DNA from: a virus
Taxonomy: Duplodnaviria > Caudoviricetes
Length of the DNA stretch: 57,526 bases
Reading direction: 5' to 3' (one strand)
Virus record (IMG/VR): IMGVR_UViG_3300017646_000068
Coordinates: 1-57,526 of that record
Made by a program: the position numbers and the translations under genes. A model generated the notes under the pieces. It did not search any database. It was not told the origin of the DNA and saw only the letters and a program-made list of their open reading frames with translations. Position 1 is the first letter of the stretch. Every line of letters starts with the position of its first letter. Below are positions 56,276-57,526 of this stretch, piece by piece.

Positions 56276-56792
56276 CTATCTTTCCAGAGAGCAATTACAG
56301 AAGATGCATGATCTTGGTCAAGATAGAAATGCTCAACGCGTTCTTAGTAATATGAACGAATACATTTCTCATTTTACTGAGGAAAGGAAAAAAATTTATT
56401 ACCTAAATGCAGCTGGACGCGAAATGATTCAGTCAGAAAAAGTCCGCAAGAAAACAGCCTTAGTTAACCACTATCTAATGCGAAATGATCTATACATTCA
56501 CTTTAAACGCCCTTCTAGTTGGAAGAATGAAATCAAAGTAGCCTTGAATGACATGTCCCTCATTGCAGATGCAGCATTTATCTCCAATAAACTCCACCAT
56601 TTTATTGAAGTTGATTATAAGCAATCCATGTCCAAAAATATTCAAAAGATAAAAAAGTACAGACAATTGGCCGCACTCAATCCACAATTCGCACTAATAT
56701 GGGTTACAACAACTCCGTATCGGAAAAAGAAAATAGAATCCTTATGTGAAGGTCTGAAAGGTAGAGTTTTTCTTTGGGATGATATTAAATAG
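56223..56792 (+). CDS. Replication-relaxation (Replic_Relax) family protein
   Basis: wHTH LSREQLQKMH, HYLMRND, IADA...FIEVD...KIKKY. Confidence 0.85.
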   Translation: MKNQQRLEEILLSLKKCDYLSREQLQKMHDLGQDRNAQRVLSNMNEYISHFTEERKKIYYLNAAGREMIQSEKVRKKTALVNHYLMRNDLYIHFKRPSSWKNEIKVALNDMSLIADAAFISNKLHHFIEVDYKQSMSKNIQKIKKYRQLAALNPQFALIWVTTTPYRKKKIESLCEGLKGRVFLWDDIK

Positions 56793-56804
56793 GAGGGGTT
56801 CATC

Positions 56805-57221
56805 ATGAAAACACAAACTATGACAATCAGAGCGTTTATGAGCGGTGAATATAACAATAGGAAGAAAAGAGATTTTAGACCTCTCCAAGCTGCAACAGCT
56901 ATAGTTACACCATTTATTTTATCGCCACTTAAAACTTCAGCTGAAACTATTCAAGCGGTACCCGTTGGCGCAGTCACTAAAGCTGCAGGTACTAACCTTA
57001 CCGAAGTTATAGCGCATGCATTAGATCCGTTAGTTGATATCATGGTTGCTTTGTCTTTCCCAGTTGCATCAGTCGTAATCGTTGGAGCCTGTTTCTTCTT
57101 TATGTTTGGTCAAGGCGATAGAGCATGGACCATGATTATGAATTCAGGATTAGGATATGTATTAATTCAGATATCTCCATTATTTTTGAAAATATTGAAG
57201 GATATAGGAGCAGCGATTTAA
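56805..57221 (+). CDS. Membrane protein, TrbC/VirB2 pilin-like
   Basis: Leader, then two hydrophobic helices split by GQGDRAW; GLGYVLIQ..P. Confidence 0.55.
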   Translation: MKTQTMTIRAFMSGEYNNRKKRDFRPLQAATAIVTPFILSPLKTSAETIQAVPVGAVTKAAGTNLTEVIAHALDPLVDIMVALSFPVASVVIVGACFFFMFGQGDRAWTMIMNSGLGYVLIQISPLFLKILKDIGAAI

Positions 57222-57283
57222 GGGAGTGAATAAACAGTATTTTATTTTCGAAGATGATGAAAGAGGGGGGCAACTGATGATGG

Positions 57284-57302
57284 TTGCCCACCATATGCCC
57301 AC
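57284..57302 (+). promoter_or_regulatory. Putative integrase arm-type sites (right arm)
   Basis: TTGCCCACCATATGCCCAC, 18/19 identical to 177-195. Confidence 0.7.
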
Positions 57303-57403
57303 GTATACTTGAAAAGGTATAATCCAAAAAGAAAAGGCATAATCGAAAAATATAAAGTTAACGATATTTGAAAAGGTTTGATTTGGTTTAAAAACACCTG
57401 ATA

Positions 57404-57445
57404 ACTCGTCATATGACATGGAAAAGATGTTTAAACGGGTGATGT
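57404..57445 (+). repeat. attR (displaced original mutL 3' end)
   Basis: 41/42 match to attL; reads [13 protein letters not shown] followed by TAA. Confidence 0.95.
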
Positions 57446-57452
57446 AATTTCT

Positions 57453-57498
57453 AGCACTGAATAATCCTTGCTATATAAGGATTATTCAGTGCTTTTTT
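57453..57498 (+). terminator. Host mutL intrinsic terminator, displaced by the prophage
   Basis: Perfect 17-bp stem AGCACTGAATAATCCTT/AAGGATTATTCAGTGCT followed by a T tract. Confidence 0.9.
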
Positions 57499-57526
57499 GG
57501 TAGATTGACTACATTTCTTACCTGGA

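Larger units (their letters stand above)
105..57445. mobile_element. Complete-looking temperate prophage with contractile tail
   Basis: Bounded by 42-bp direct repeats. Integrase, immunity, replication, packaging, head, tail, baseplate and lysis modules are all present in the usual order. Confidence 0.96.

Noticed and set aside
57136-57419. Minus-strand ORFs across the right arm
   Set aside because: They start in or near attR and cross the arm sites; no RBS.
1-57526. CRISPR array, tRNA/rRNA genes, diversity-generating retroelement, IS transposase
   Set aside because: By eye I found no regularly spaced repeat-spacer units, no cloverleaf, no reverse transcriptase or TR/VR pair near the fibre gene, and no transposase motifs.

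Overview
The window is one apparently complete ~57.3 kb temperate prophage of a Bacillaceae host. It is integrated into the last codons of mutL, with 42-bp att repeats at 105-146 and 57404-57445, and the phage copy restores the mutL end. Modules from left to right: tyrosine integrase; AT-rich left cargo (ParA-like ATPase three-gene operon, HsdR-N nuclease-like gene, dead ImmA paralogue); ImmA/ImmR/Cro switch with five GATAC-N5-GTATC operators; YqaJ/RecT recombination and DnaD/DnaC replication; an array of sporulation-type cassettes (CBO0543-like, two DUF4183-like, Spo0E-like, two 41-aa membrane peptides, a repeated RNA-like motif); a RosmerTA-like pair; ArpU followed by a structured non-coding leader; SigH-type morons and two hidden type I toxin-antitoxin-like loci; PBSX-type terminase, SPP1-type portal and a contractile (myovirus-like) tail; holin/amidase lysis genes; and right cargo (three-gene defence candidate flanked by 27-bp repeats, membrane-anchored Mrr-like nuclease, Xre-FtsK-relaxase-pilin-like module). 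The strongest novelty candidates are the ParA-ATPase/HEPN-like operon, a head-module protein that mimics the tape-measure C-terminus, the FtsK-relaxase-pilin module with TTCG repeats, and the late-leader RNA. All family names come from reading motifs by eye, not from database searches.
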